DNA from: Eledone cirrhosa
Taxonomy: Eukaryota
Assembly: GCA_964016885.1 (NCBI GenBank)
Contig: OZ024743.1
Span: forward strand, 278,690,001 to 278,754,000
Length of the DNA: 64,000 nt
Reading direction: 5' to 3'
Position numbers and translations under genes: made by a program. This document shows, piece after piece, positions 41,500 to 56,532 of the stretch. Every line of letters starts with the position of its first letter. Within the stretch, counting starts at the first letter, position 1. The notes below the pieces were generated by a model. The model was not told the origin of the DNA. It did no database searches and worked only from the letters and a program-made list of their open reading frames with translations.

Positions 41500-41684
41500 A
41501 TAATTGTTTCTACTTTAGACACAAGGCCAGTAATTACCCAGTGCATTACTGGTACTTTATTTTATCGACCCCGTAAGGATGAAAGGCAAAGTCAACCTCG
41601 GCGGGATTTGAACTCAGATCGTAAAGGGACGTAACTATGCTGGAAAGCATGGCGTCCGACCCTCTACTGATGCTGCCAATCCAC
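41500..41684 (-). mobile_element. OK-like SINE
   Basis: Nearly identical to 33896-34086. Confidence 0.87.
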
Positions 41685-42113
41685 GTCTTTCAGAAACCTG
41701 AAACATTACACTATATAAAAGGCACAAGATACGTACTGATTTTATTAATATCAAATAGAAGGTCAACAAAAGAAGTAGTAGAGGGGATGTGTGTATTTGT
41801 GCGACTGTATTTATGATTATGTGTATGCATAGCACATACGCAAGTTTGCATATATGCATGCAATGGAGAACTGGGTCTATAAATATTGGTGGTCAGAAGA
41901 TGACGGGAGCCACCTACATATAGAATGCTATTATTCAATTTTTATTATGAATAAATAACATGTTAAAAAAATACATAAGTGGAAACAAAACAGTGCAACC
42001 AAATTTTTTTCAGAAAAATATATTATCTTCTCCAGTAAAAAATACTATGTATTTTGAGAAATCTAGAGATTTCAATAATGACCTTTGGTCTTTCACACTC
42101 ACTCAATATACAT

Positions 42114-42306
42114 ATATTGTTTCTACTTTTGGCACAAGGCCAGCAATTACCCAGTACATTACTGGTACTTTATTTTATCGACCCCGTAAGGGTGAAAGGC
42201 AAAGTTAACCTCGGCGGGATTTGAATTCAGAATGACAAGGGCCGTAACTCTATGCGTCAAAGCATGGCGTCCGACCTTCTACCGATACTGCCAATCCACC
42301 GCCCTC
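42114..42306 (-). mobile_element. OK-like SINE
   Basis: Same family, full length. Confidence 0.87.
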
Positions 42307-42582
42307 ATATATATAATAATAATTATATATATATAATTATAAGAAAGGAAAGGAGCTGTGTGGTTACTGTAAACAAAGTTTAAGATGGTAGTATGGACGA
42401 AGCAAGAGAGGAAAAGAAATCCTTCATCAGCTATAAACCGACATCAAGATGTTTCGGCGCTTAATACAGGACATCTAAAAGCGATCAGCGGCGCGCCCTA
42501 GACTTTTATCGATCAAAAGGCCAGGAGAGTAAGAAAACCAAAATAGAAGAAAAAAAAGGGGAAAAGTAGTGAGGAGAGAGGA

Positions 42583-43008
42583 AGAAAGAGAAAAAACAGG
42601 TAAACAGACCAAAGGTAGGGGTACACCGGACAATGGAACATGCAAGTGAATAATCGATCGTTTATGACATTTTTCACACATGTCATAAAACTCCCCTGGT
42701 TTCGATCGTTTACGACACGTTTTACAACTGTCGTAAAACTCTTTTTCATTATCTCCCTTTCCCTTCTCCCTCTCACTTCCGGTTGCTCCGTCTCTATCTC
42801 TCCCTCTTTCTCTCTCTCTCTATCTACCTTCACTTCGATTGAGATGGCATGGTTCTACTGGGCTCCTGTTATCGCACCCCCAGATTTCAGTCTAAACGGT
42901 ACGCTATAACTTATTCTATTCTTTTATTTTCCTCGGTTACTCACTTGCATGATCCATTGTCCTCAGTCCGCCCACCTTTGGTCTGTTTACCTGTTTTTTC
43001 TCTTTCTT
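42583..43008. repeat. Inverted repeat pair (42583-42655 / 42934-43008)
   Basis: aaagagaaaaaaacaggtaaacagaccaaaggt versus acctttggtctgtttacctgttttttctcttt. Confidence 0.75.
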
Positions 43009-43098
43009 TCAAAGAGCCAGAAGATTGACAAGGCGACCTTAAATATGACTAATAGCTCTAGGAAAGCCATGAACGCCACCACAACTTCCTAACTTTGA

Positions 43099-43411
43099 TT
43101 TTGAAAGTAAGTTTATAATTATTAATTTTTATTATACCTTTGTAGCTGTCTTGGTGGCCTGGTTGGAGAAATCATAGACGGTGTTGATTCTGGTCTGGAG
43201 TTCGATCATGGTCCGAAGAAGAATTCCTGGAAAACCTTTTCAGTTTTTTCTTTGGGATGTAAAATAAAAACTGAAAAAGATTACATGTACTCCTTGACCA
43301 GGATTGAACATAAGACCAGGATCTACGCCGTCTCTAGTACCTACCGCTAGGCCACTGAGACAGCTGCGAAAGTCTTATTAAAATTCATACTTACAAACCT
43401 ACTTTCAGAAT
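43099..43411. repeat. Old palindrome; each arm contains a tRNA-like Pol III cassette
   Basis: Arms align in reverse complement. A-box TGGCCT(A/G)G(C/T)(G/T)G, B-box GTTC(A/G)ATC(C/A), and T-runs at the centre. Confidence 0.65.
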
Positions 43412-43734
43412 GTTCCTGACAAAATGATGTGTTGTCATTCATGTCTTCCTTAATGTTATTGCTTCTACTTAAGGTCGACTTCTAAATCATTTGGGTGTTC
43501 CATAAATTATATCCTCATTTTGTTCCTCAACCATCTAGACTATATTTTAAACTGTAATCCATGTTTCATTTCTGTTGCACTTAATTTCGCATCCCTCCCT
43601 CTCTCTTTTTGTCTCTGTGATATTTGAATCAAACATACATACATACATGCATCATGTGTGTATGTTTGTATGTATGTATGTAAGTTTGTATGTATATACG
43701 TATTCATGCATGTATGCATGTATGTATATATTAG

Positions 43735-43801
<67 letters not shown>

Positions 43802-43813
43802 ATGTGTGTGTGT

Positions 43814-43877
<64 letters not shown>

Positions 43878-43920
43878 GTACGTCTAAAAGTACACACACA
43901 CACACATTACATACATAAAT

Positions 43921-43993
<73 letters not shown>

Positions 43994-43998
43994 CATAC

Positions 43999-44060
<62 letters not shown>

Positions 44061-44505
44061 ATGTATGTATGTATGTATGTATGTACTATCAAGCAGAGTT
44101 TGGTAAGATATTTACCGGTAATTTCTCATCAGCACTTCACTTCATAAACATTGAGCTGTGAGAGCTGGAGATAAACAAGTTCAAAATTCTCAGGAAAATA
44201 AACAGAGAGGTATCAAAAAGCAAATCCGCATGTAACATATTACATTGGCACCATATTTTTGTTAACACTTTTCATTTTAACGTCTGTCAGCAGAATATAC
44301 ATCGGATTTCTTTGATTTATATCTATCTATGTTTTGTAGTCTGTCATTACCAAATATTTATGATCGACATACATATATATATATCGACAAACATAAATGG
44401 CAGTTTATATATATATGTGTGTGTATGCGTGTTTGTGTATGTGAATGTGTGTATGTGTAAATATCACATACATATATGTACATATATATATACATACATA
44501 CACAC

Positions 44506-44611
<106 letters not shown>

Positions 44612-44712
44612 TATATACATAGACACACACACACATATATATATATATAATTTACGCCCAGACGCATAAAACACGATGTTGTTATACACAACATACATAT
44701 CTCTCTCTCTCA

Positions 44713-44825
<113 letters not shown>

Positions 44826-44923
44826 CATACATATATATATATATATATATACATATTATATACAAATATATTGAGTAAAGTGTGTGTATGGAACTAGAAT
44901 TAAGAAGAATATGCAGAATATGC

Positions 44924-44954
<31 letters not shown>

Positions 44955-45026
44955 TTATTTATATAGATATATATATATACACATACACACATACATACAT
45001 ATATATACATATACATATATATATAT

Positions 45027-45060
<34 letters not shown>

Positions 45061-45635
45061 GGGTGTACGTGTATAAGTGTGGGCGTATTTCAAGATTATA
45101 AAAAGTAGAATGCATTTCTCCACAATGTCTTATAGTAAAATCAAACCGGTCGATTTGCAACGAAGTCTGCGTGAAGGACTGACAGACTGCACTTACCCTC
45201 CAACACCATAACTGTAAACACATCCGCTGACACCACCACCAGCACCACCAACATAAAATGGAAAGACACTCAACAACAACAACCAGACATATAGAAGCCA
45301 AACTTCGAGCTAGTGAGAAGCGTTAACGAAGATTTGATGGCGCTGGTAGCGAGGTGTAATGATATTGAGAAAATAGGGGATGTTTTCGGCACCATCACTT
45401 TTAAATTGCCAACATTCTATTGATCGTACACATGTCCCTTAAATCCTAAAAACATATTAGGGAAGCTTACAACATGACCTGGAAACCCTTAATTTAAAAG
45501 CCACGTTTGAGCTTTTACAGTGAGTCCCATAGGAGCCCCAACTAAATGTGGAGATCGAGCCCCTGCTCCCCCAATCTCAAACAACACACGGAAAGTAAGT
45601 AGCTTCTGTTTTTCTCTCAATGCTTTATAACGAAT

Positions 45636-46070
45636 ATGGCAAAGCTGAGAGTATGTGGTATAAATGGACGTAGTTTGGGGTCATTCTGGAATCAAGAACA
45701 CTTGCTCAACGACTCCAGGCCCATGGATATGTCAGACTTCAGGAAGACAAGAATTTCCGACACGGTTTACAGTTCCTACCTCGACGGCGTTCTGCGACTC
45801 TCGAAGCTGTCTACTGCAATTGGCAGCAGAACAGGATAATTCCCATTTTGTGATTCAGAGCGTAACAATGTTGATGAAGAAAGACGAGAAAACGGGACGT
45901 TCTAGAGACTTTCCTTCCTATAACCGTGCTCTAACAATGTTTAAGATTTTGGCCAAGTTGCTAGCAACGAGATGCGCACATGGCGACACATCCTTTCTTC
46001 ACGCACTCGTCCAGTTCCCGGATATTACTAATTTCTGGAGTAATGTCGAACAACTATTGACATATCTAAC
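45636..46070 (+). pseudogene. Multiply deleted Tx1-type ORF2 relic
   Basis: MAKLRVCGINGRSL, YLDGVLRLS, VYCNWQQN, FKILAKLLA and HALVQFPDITNFWSNVEQLL match widely spaced parts of ORF2 at 4444-7762. Confidence 0.75.
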
Positions 46071-47394
46071 CATAGGAAATAGTAATAAATAGCCATAAAA
46101 CTATAGAACAACACAAACAGGAATAACCGCGTTAATAATTCGGGACTCCTCACAAATAAACCCAATATCTGAGCTAATATATTCTCACTAGCCATTGCTT
46201 CTGTTGATTTATTTTGATATTTATGTACATTGAACGAAGTATTTACTTTCTACCGTCTTGGTATAACGTTTTAGTATATTTTCCAAATACTTGTTCTTAT
46301 ATGCAGAATCCACTTTATCGGGAATATATTTATCAGGATTTTCCGTTTCTTGTATTTCTCCACTTACTTTACTTAATACGATATTTCCTTCTGTATATTG
46401 TTTCTTGTTTTTTTTTCAGTGTCCATATTAGATCCCCTCCCCCATTCCCTTAAATACGAAGAGGAATGTCTTCTTTTGTTTTTGTTGAATATGTTTTTAT
46501 ATACTTTCTTTATGCTGTTTTTTTTAGTGGGTTTCGGAGAGAAGTGACTTATAATATTACAATCGAACCTGATAACCCTAGACATGGCAGTGGCTACTGA
46601 GTAAATTAAATTATCAAGCATATCGTTGTTTGTTTTGATGGTAATTTTTTTTGAAGAAGCTGATTGTATTTGGATATTATTTCCTGTGTTAGTTTATTTA
46701 TCCTTAGCTTCAGGGTGGTGCTTCCATTGTTCCGTGATGATTGCCTTTGTTGTGGTCATTTCTATTTTATTTTTCTTTCGGTATTGTTTCTTTCAGACTT
46801 CCCATGCAGTGGGCTATAATTAATCTGTTGTGTTGTGTTGTATGGTATTTTTTTCTCTTTGCTATCTTGGGTAGATTAGAGATTTTCTTTTAATTGTGGC
46901 TGTGGTTGTTTCTGGTGGGACGTGCGCGGTCAGTTTTTTTTACTTATTTTCTTATTTTCTCTTTATTTTGTTTTGATGGAGTGTTTTTTCTTCGTGTTTG
47001 TGTGTGGTCGATTTAGTTATGTTGTATTCATTGAAGTGCACAGCTAACTTATTTTTACTAGCCATTGTCTCTTTGTTTGATTTTTAGCGAATTAGATTGT
47101 TTTTTTTGTTTTTTTTTTGTTTATTTTTCGTTTGCAGGAACGTTTATTTTTTAATTAATTAAATCGGATTTAAATGTTCGTTACACCTGCAAATTACTTT
47201 CTTCATATTAATTTTTTTTCAAACACAACACCTTTCTTCCTGCTAATATACGTTGGGCTTAGTACGGGTGAACAATATTTCGTATAATTTGGCGTTTGGA
47301 ATGTGTGTCTGTTGTGCTTAAACCGCTACAAACAGTGAAATTCCATCATATCACTAACATACAGACACATGCACACAAACATACACACAAACAC

Positions 47395-47475
<81 letters not shown>

Positions 47476-47564
47476 CTCTCTCATTCACACACATACACAT
47501 GTGCAAGTCTGTGTGTATGTATATATATATATATATATATATAAATATATATGTGTATGTATGT

Positions 47565-47897
47565 ATGGTATCCAATGATGTTGACTTGTTCTTCTTTTTG
47601 GTAAATATGATCTTGGTTAAGAGAGTGGGACTGGCTTTGTGCAGTGCCTTTGCTCACTATAAAAGCTTCACAGCACAGGCATTGCTTTATATCTGGAGAT
47701 CTCTCTGCACTTGTCGTCACATGGTACCATGGGCCCAGCACTATGTGTAAATAATTGTCACAAGTGTAGTGTTTGTACCAGAGTTTTCAAGTCGCTGGCT
47801 GGACTAAAAAGTCACACTCGTTCAGCGCATCGGTAGGGGTTCTCCTACATGGATATAAAGTAATGGCCGTACTCGAAAACGAGTTGGCAGCCACCGT
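47565..47897 (+). repeat. Dispersed repeat, near-identical inverted copy at 62421-62753; diverged copy about 48050-48250
   Basis: Direct sequence match, followed by (TATG)n. Confidence 0.88.
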
Positions 47898-48767
47898 GTA
47901 TGTATGTATGTATGTATGTATGTATGTATGTATGTATGTATGTATGTATGTATGTATGTATGTATGTATGTATGTATGCATGTATGTATGTATCTAGAAG
48001 GCAACTCAGGAAACTAGGATAACTCCGATATAAAACCTGCGGCTCAGTAGTTACCGATGATGTTGATCTTTTCTTCTTTTCGGATTATAGCTACTGTCGC
48101 TCAGAGAGTGGGATTGGCTCAGTGCACAGTCTTTCCTCACTTTAAAAAATATCTTCACGCACAGGCATTGCACGATAGAATTAATTAATAATTATTAATA
48201 ATGGTATATCGTGCGATGGCCATACTCGATAACGAGGGGGCAGCCATCATTTATGTATGTATGCATAAATTCACAAGCACAAAACAGCATAAAACTCAGA
48301 CCAATATACCAGAAGTCGAAACTCAAAATCCGTTCAATCCATATACAGTTGGAATTTACATATATTTATGTAGATCAGTATCCAGTTGACATTTAACAGC
48401 TTTGACATTAAACTTTGGTCAAATGACACCAACACCCGTTCAATCTACTCCTATTCCTCCTACTATTACTTTTTTCTCTTCGGTATATTGCTGGCATTGT
48501 AGTGATTGCGTTTATGGATTAGGTGCTGATATACTAGGGTCTGCTCTATATGATAATGTTTTACTGGTTGCAATAACTTGGTACTCGAACTTTACTGATA
48601 CTCTCTTTAATTCATATTTCTGTAGTTGCTGATGTTGTTTTTCTTTTTTTTATCCTTACGTCAACGTTTCGATAGGAACCATGCACCATAACATTCTAAT
48701 CATTTATACGTCCATGCACACTAATAAAATGTGGTGCAGTAAATAAATATATATATATATATATATA

Positions 48768-49961
48768 TGAAAAAGTTTGTCCTCATCAGTGGCCATCCAA
48801 CCGTCGTAGGCATTTCGTCGCATTAAAGGCCATATACCTCAGGTTGGTGCGAGCAACGGCTAAAAAAAAGTCGTTGGGACACGTAAATAAAGGGGACGCT
48901 AGGGTAAACAGACAAAATGGTTTAAGCAGCAGAAAGAGAGGAAGAAGGAAACAAGTCCCAGATTTCTATGAATATAAATTCGGTGGAATCGTGAACGAGA
49001 GAATAAAGACCATCAAACCTGGTTGAAATGTGAGCAAGGAAGGAATTTCGCACAGGTCTAGCGGGAGGAAGAAGGGGTCTGGTCTGCGAATTCGGTAAAC
49101 ATAAGTTCTGTGAAGTCGCAGACGAGAGAGAGAGAGAGAAAACAAATTCAACCAGGTTTGATGGTCTTTATTCTCGTGTCCCAACGTCCCCTTTATTTAC
49201 GTGTCCCAACGACTTTTTTTTAGCCGTTGCTCGCACCAACCTGAGGTATATGGCCTTTAATGCGACGAAATGCCCACGACGGTTGGATGGCCACTGATGA
49301 GGACAAACTTTTTCATATGTAACCAATTTGCAGCGCCGCAGCTCCATTATTATCATATTTACACATATATTTTTTCCTCCGCTGCCACCAGTCTGTTTCG
49401 TTCTTTGTGTCTTTACCCTTTCTAGCAGTCTCTCTCTGTTAGCCTCTTCCTCACCTTTCACTCACTCACTCTCTGTCACTACCTCTCCTCCTCCCCTTTC
49501 TTCCCGTTTGACCTGTCCACAATCCTTTTCTCGCGGGCACTTGGCCAAGCCGGTATGAATTTTTTTTCTCTCTGCGACTTCACAGAACTTATATTTACCG
49601 AATTCGCATACCAGACCCCTTCTTCCTCCCATTAGACCTGTGCGAAATTCCTTCCTTGCTCACATTTCAACCAGGTTTGATGGTCTTTATTCTCTCGTTC
49701 ACGATTCCACCGAATTTATATTCATAGAAATCTGGGACTTGTTTCCTTCTTCCTCTCTTTCTGCTGCTTAAACCATTTTGTTTGTTTACCCTAGCGTCCC
49801 CTTTATTTACGTGTCCCAATGACTTTGTTTTAGCCGCTGCTCGCACCAACCTGAGGTATATGGCCTTTAATGCGACGAAATGCCTACGACGGTTGGATGG
49901 CCACTGATGAGGACAAACTTTTTCATATGTAACCCATTTGTAGCGCCGCAGCTCCATTATT

Positions 49962-49966
<5 letters not shown>
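48768..49966. repeat. ~627-bp repeat family: inverted piece (48768-49148) + permuted tandem piece
   Basis: Matches 14446-15390 and is flanked by (TA)n. Confidence 0.9.
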
Positions 49967-50028
<62 letters not shown>

Positions 50029-50116
50029 GTTTACATATACTTCATAGATATATATGTTTTGCAACCGGTCACGTTGTGGCTCAATGAAGAATTAATAAAT
50101 TAAATAATCAGAGCAA

Positions 50117-50232
50117 TATGTCATAAAACATGTCCTTAGAATCACTAGATAAAATATATACCATTATGCTAATTGGGAGAAGAAATTGTATATATTTTAT
50201 CTAGTGATTCTAAGGACATGATTTATGATATA
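50117..50232. repeat. ~115-bp palindrome
   Basis: catgtccttagaatcactagataaaatatata / tatatattttatctagtgattctaaggacatg. Confidence 0.85.
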
Positions 50233-50732
50233 TATATATAAATATATACATATATACAAGGTCCGAACACAAAGGAACCAAACTCCCACCGTCATTGCCT
50301 CCGTCTCTCCCGTTCTCCCCATCTCGGACTATTATGTGCAAATGGAAAGCCACACATTGGCCACTCCACAGCCCTGGTGGACAGAATACAGAACTCGTTT
50401 CCCCAGAGGATTGTGAGGGAGACACGCTGGAAGAGTCAATCAAGCTCGCAAGGCTCAGACCTGCGAGTAGCCTATTCTGTGCCAATGGTGGAGAGTATGG
50501 AGGTCATCCTAGAGCGAAAGACACCAGAAGTCTCCATAGTTTTAACACATATGCACACATTCATGTGGGGAGTTAAACAGGGGTATACATTGAGTCTACC
50601 ATTCACTGATTCAAATCAGTGTCAATTCTCAGCATTTTTGAGTTGTCCACAAGATTTATATTATAATCTTATATATGTATATGTTCATATATAGAATTCA
50701 CAAGAATCAAAGCTATGTTCAAAGTATTTATT

Positions 50733-50778
50733 CACTTACAATTGTTTCATCCAAACCTAGGCTTGGATCTTCGGAGCA
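50733..50778 (-). ncRNA. Minimal hammerhead motif with CCGAAGA core
   Basis: UGCU CCGAAGA UCCAAGC cuag GUUUGGA u GAAA CAAUUG UA AGUG, then AAUAAA. Confidence 0.68.
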
Positions 50779-51442
50779 TTTTTCAATGTTTGTACACATA
50801 ATTGACCTCCTTTCCAACGCAAGAGACATACAGACACATATGTATATATTGATGTACAGTGGAGTGACATATATTATATTATTACTTACTGATAATAAGG
50901 TAGTAATAAATTACTGACCTTCACTGTTTAGGGTTTAAAATATATATAACTATAAAAAGTTTTAGTATATACATAACCATAAATAGTATCCTTAATATTA
51001 TGTTCATATATATATATATATAAATACGGCTCCTTAATTGTAGAGCCATCTCTTTTGAAAGGACTCGACTGCTGTTTCTAGTTGTCGATAACCCTATTCA
51101 CGCAACTGGGACGAAGCTACTATGATGTGTGTATTTCTAGTAAATACAACACGTGCTGGCCAGTCGCAGATTTGAACTTGAAGTGTAAACACGGATCGCT
51201 GGCACTTCTTCCTTGTTGAAAATCTACGTCTCAACTTCCGTGGTTTACCATCCGATTAATTGGTGAAATATATTTCTTTAATGGAATATATACAGGGAAG
51301 ATTAATCATATTATAAGGTATCTATTTTTGAAGTTCTGGTCAACTTTATTTAGTTACCTACCTAGCTATGTGTGCTTACACACTTGTAAAAATTATCTCC
51401 CGTGATTATTCATGTTTATTTATATGTTAATCAATTTCTAGT

Positions 51443-51476
<34 letters not shown>

Positions 51477-52122
51477 GATTTGCGACATCACTGACGGTCA
51501 TCGCATTTCCCTTGGACAATATTGGTGGCATGGATAGGGAAGACCTGTATTCATGTGTCACTGCTGGTCTTCCACACACTTGTGCCTTGCAGAGTAACTC
51601 TCTAGGTACAAATACCATGATCCTTCGAGAGCGAAGAGGATCTTTTATACGTCCCATATATATATATATATATTGATGTATAGCTGCAATTGTTTATTCT
51701 ATGGTAAACACGCATCAACCACATGATGAAAAGCTTTCCGACATTTATCATTCTTTCTCTACAACTCCGTCATTCAATGTCTTTCGTCTGTTTGTTTTTT
51801 TTATATTAAATAGCAACTAAATCTTTGTTGAATCATAAACCTTAGTGTTTTGGAAAAAATGGTAGAACACTGACTAAGGAGAGAGTTATGGGAAATTTGT
51901 ATGCCATTTTTAACAGATCGAGCGAACACCTTGATTCACATTCGTTGGTTCAAGTATTTTGTAATGGGAGAAAATGGTTCTCTAAATAGTAAAGAATTTC
52001 AAAGTGAAACAGAGTGCTTTAATAATTTTTTATTGAATCCAAAAAAGGCATATTTCTTTGGATCCAAATGCTGGATAACAAATTGTTGATCTTCCATTTA
52101 GAATGTATATATATGTATATAC

Positions 52123-52237
<115 letters not shown>

Positions 52238-52533
52238 TACTTGGAGTCTTGAAACATCCGTTGAAATGTTCTTTCCATAATTAATCAAAATCTACAAAAA
52301 CAAACGTTCGGTAAGTACATCTCGTGTATCTAGAATAAACAACAAACAATGGTTTGTGTACTTGTATGTGAGTGTTTGAGTGTGCGTGTGTCTATGTATG
52401 TGTGCGTGTATATGTGCCTGTATGTGCGAGTGTATGTGACTGTCGGTGGTATATATTACGAATATTTATTTTTGCATAAGTTGACTAATTGAGAAACACT
52501 AATGGATATTTTGAGAAACTAAGTGATAAATTG

Positions 52534-52618
<85 letters not shown>

Positions 52619-53498
52619 ACCCACACATACAAATATATAAATACATATGATACTAAAGGGGGTAGGTTTGAGATAAAATATACAAATGTTAATGTGCCTT
52701 ATTAAAAGAGTGATAAAAACCACACGCGCACCTCCACGATCATGTATGAGTGTCTAGTTATGAATTTCTGACTATGTTTTGGTTAAAAAGAAGAAGAAAT
52801 ATTTAAGAATTTTGGCAGGTGTATATATTCCTATTTTCGGATGCCATAATTTATTTGTAATGCATGCAATTCTTGTATTTTAGTAAATGCATGTACGGTT
52901 ACGGAACTGAACTCCCACTTACCAAATTTAATTTATTTAATTCGTGAGCATGACAGGGTTTCCAGTCTTTCTTGAGACCATGGGTCTCATCGAGTATACA
53001 GATATGCTGACATGATGTTTTCCGAAGGAAAAACATGATGTAGCATGTTGCAGATCACGCCACAGATGAATTCAGAATGCAAAGCGTCGAAAGAGGTTGT
53101 GTAAGGCATTATGCCGAAGACTACTAATTCGACCAGACCTAGTCTAGTACTTTATTTTATCGACTTAGAAATTAAAGATAGTCTAGGAAGGATTTCAGGG
53201 CCGGAACCAAAATTGTAAGGCATTTAATCCAACACTCCACTGACTGTATTTTTAACACGAGAGCCAATAAATTACACGTATTTCTATGAGATGTGTTGGT
53301 TTGTCTCTCATTATATGCCAATGGCCAGCCATTTTCCACACATGTTCATATTATTATGTAAGTTCGCGTAATCCAAGATTTCCTTTAAATCACGTCTGTA
53401 GTCATATGTGTGAATGCCGGCGTGTGTTTGTGCGAATGTGTATGTGTGAACGCGTGTATTTGTAAATATGTATGTGTGTGTGAACATGTGTGTGTGTG

Positions 53499-53537
<39 letters not shown>

Positions 53538-54069
53538 ATGTGTATGAACGTGAGAGAGCGTGTATGCGTGTATGTGTATGCACGCGAGAAAGTGTATATG
53601 AGCGTATGTGTGTGTGCGAACGTGAGGGAGTGTGTATCCGTGTATGTGTGTGTGTGTGTGTGTGCGTGTGTGTGTGAACAAGTGAGAGTGTGTATGCATG
53701 TATGTGTGTGTGTGTGTGTGTGAACGTGAGAGAGTGTGCATGTGTGTATGTGTGTGTGTAATCAATGAGGAGATTGATGGGTGAAAGTGAATTTCGAATA
53801 TTGGGTGTAAGTCACGTGGGTACAAATCAATGCTCCAGAGCAACAAAATGATCTTTTAATTAAACTTAAAGCAATTTAATTGAAATCTTAAGCGATATGC
53901 CTCGAAATTCATCGAGTTCTTGATATTCTTATTGTTGGAATTGTTGCTTTTTTTTTGTTTTTTCTTTAGCATTTCTTCCTTATTATTATTTTATTGTTGT
54001 TCTTCTTAGTAATATTGTTGATGGTCCTGTTATTATTGTTGTTGTTCTTGTTCTTGTTGTCAGTGTTAG

Positions 54070-54101
<32 letters not shown>

Positions 54102-54412
54102 TGTATGTATGTATGTATGTATGTATGTATGTATGTATGTATGTATGTATGCATTTGTGCTTGTATATATGTATGTTTGCATTTATGTATGTATGTATGC
54201 TTGTATGTGTGCCCATGGTGTATATGTATCGTGTACGTATTGTGTGCTTTATAAGTGTGTCATGTTTGTATTGAATATATGTGTGTACGTTCACATGTGT
54301 GTGTGCATGTGTATGTATGTATGTATGTATGTGTGTACGTGTGTGTGTGAGGTAATCTTCAAAGGCAAAGGGTTGAAGACTGATAAGCTGCCTATCCTTT
54401 TAATAATTATAT

Positions 54413-54465
54413 GAATTACGCTGTTTCGACCATTCCAAAAATTTTGTCAGATGGTATCATTTGTG
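54413..54465 (-). ncRNA. Heavily decayed hammerhead motif
   Basis: aaUGA u ACCAU..AUGGU c GAAA CAGC-G UA. The 5' part of the core is eroded. Confidence 0.3.
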
Positions 54466-54563
54466 AAATGTCTTTGAGGTGTTAATGGTTTTGAAGAAAG
54501 AAAAATTTCAGAATTAAAATTTACAAAAACAAAAGACATAAAAGAATGGAGTAAAACGTCAAT

Positions 54564-54628
<65 letters not shown>

Positions 54629-54887
54629 TAGAAGAAGAAGGGAGGAGGAGGAGGAGGAGGAGAAGGAGGAGGAGGAGGAGGAGGAGGAGGAGAAGGAGAA
54701 GAAGAAGAAGAAGAAGAAGAAGAAGAAGAAGAAGAAGAAGAAGAAGAAGGGAGAAGGATGATGCGTATGAAGAGGAAATAGAGTGGAAATTGCAAAAAAG
54801 CTCCAAAACACCTCCACGAAAATGAAATATAACGCAATGAAGGTTGAGTAGTAATAGCAGTAGTGGTATTGGTGGTGGTGGTAGTAT

Positions 54888-54947
<60 letters not shown>

Positions 54948-56081
54948 AAAACTAGATTTTAAAGTTATTGTTATCTCTCATTATCACGGATAAAGGCATA
55001 GCGGAATGATTGAGAAAATATTTTCGCATTGATGAAATCCCAGTTCGACATTACTATGGAGCTCCTTGAGGGACTTCTACTAGCCCCCCGAGAGCGAATT
55101 TTGGTGGAGAGAAACCACGCAAAAGTTCGTCAAATGGACTACGCCTGTGATGTAAAAGTCACAGTCTCCTTATAGAGAGTGCTACACTGAATTTACTGGT
55201 ATATTGCATTATATATGCCGAGAATACGCACCCACTTCCAATATATTTCAGTTAGTAATTAGTCCTCCAATACTCACCCATCGTCAAATCACAATTTATG
55301 GATATGTTATTTTATTAAACAGGAATGTTACTTTTTCTAGCTATATCATACAATCTATTGCGTTAGAGTTATTAAATATCAATTAAGTTTACAGACTATA
55401 TGGTTTTCTTAAATAGTAATATTAATTTAGATTCGTTACACAAACGTGACTTATTAAGTTAACAGAGTAATTAATGTTCTGAACCATTAGCTTAGATCAA
55501 ATACACAACATTTATTCATTTGGCCTACGGTCTCTTATATTTTCCTTAATACACTACTATTGGCCCGTTAGCATACGCTTATTATATTCATTTTAAAGTT
55601 AGTTTAATTTTCTTGACTTCAATGTAGTTTTGCATTAGACTAGCTCGAGGCCGTTGCTTCTTTTAAATACTACTCTGACACTAAATGACCTTCCTCTACA
55701 TTTCAGAACCACTTTAATTCTCTTACCCGACAGCATTGTTTATTATTAGAATGTCATTATCACAGCAGAGGTCCGACGCGCTTTTGATTCCAGAGTCGGG
55801 CCAGATCAATACAGATCGAATCTTGAGCTGATCAATAACGAAACGCGCGTCACCACTCAATAAACGGAATGAAGACATAACAAATCGTCCCTTTATTACA
55901 CACACACACAAACACATACACATACACACAGACACACACACATATATATATATATATAAGTTTATCCCGGGTTCAATCGAGGGTAATCACAGTAAGTAAG
56001 GTACACAATACATGTATATTGCAGATTATAAATATTTAATATATACTATAGAAATGGCTTCTTCAGGACTAGAACTGTTTC

Positions 56082-56125
56082 ATGCGGGAGAAATCATCAG
56101 GGCTTCCTGATGATTTCTCCCGCAT
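56082..56125. repeat. Perfect 20-bp hairpin containing CTGATGA
   Basis: atgcgggagaaatcatcagg gctt cctgatgatttctcccgcat. Confidence 0.85.
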
Positions 56126-56126
56126 A

Positions 56127-56163
<37 letters not shown>

Positions 56164-56265
56164 GGTGTTGGATGCTTAAAGCGTCCGTGTGCGGTAGGCC
56201 GTATGAGTCATGTTTGATCATCAAATCGATCGTTCCTCGAGCTGGTGGCCAGAGAAACGTTTGTA

Positions 56266-56339
<74 letters not shown>

Positions 56340-56389
56340 TATAAATTTTATATATATTATATATTATATATATTATATATATATATATT

Positions 56390-56503
<114 letters not shown>

Positions 56504-56532
56504 AAAGAATAGAGGTGTAACACACAAGTTAT

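Noticed and set aside
42420-42495. Minus-strand GAAACAUCuuGAUGUC next to CUGAUGA
   Set aside because: Stem III is good, but stem I does not pair in either topology. At best it is a decayed remnant.
43142-43215. Functional tRNA gene
   Set aside because: A and B boxes are present, but I could not build a full cloverleaf with an acceptor stem.
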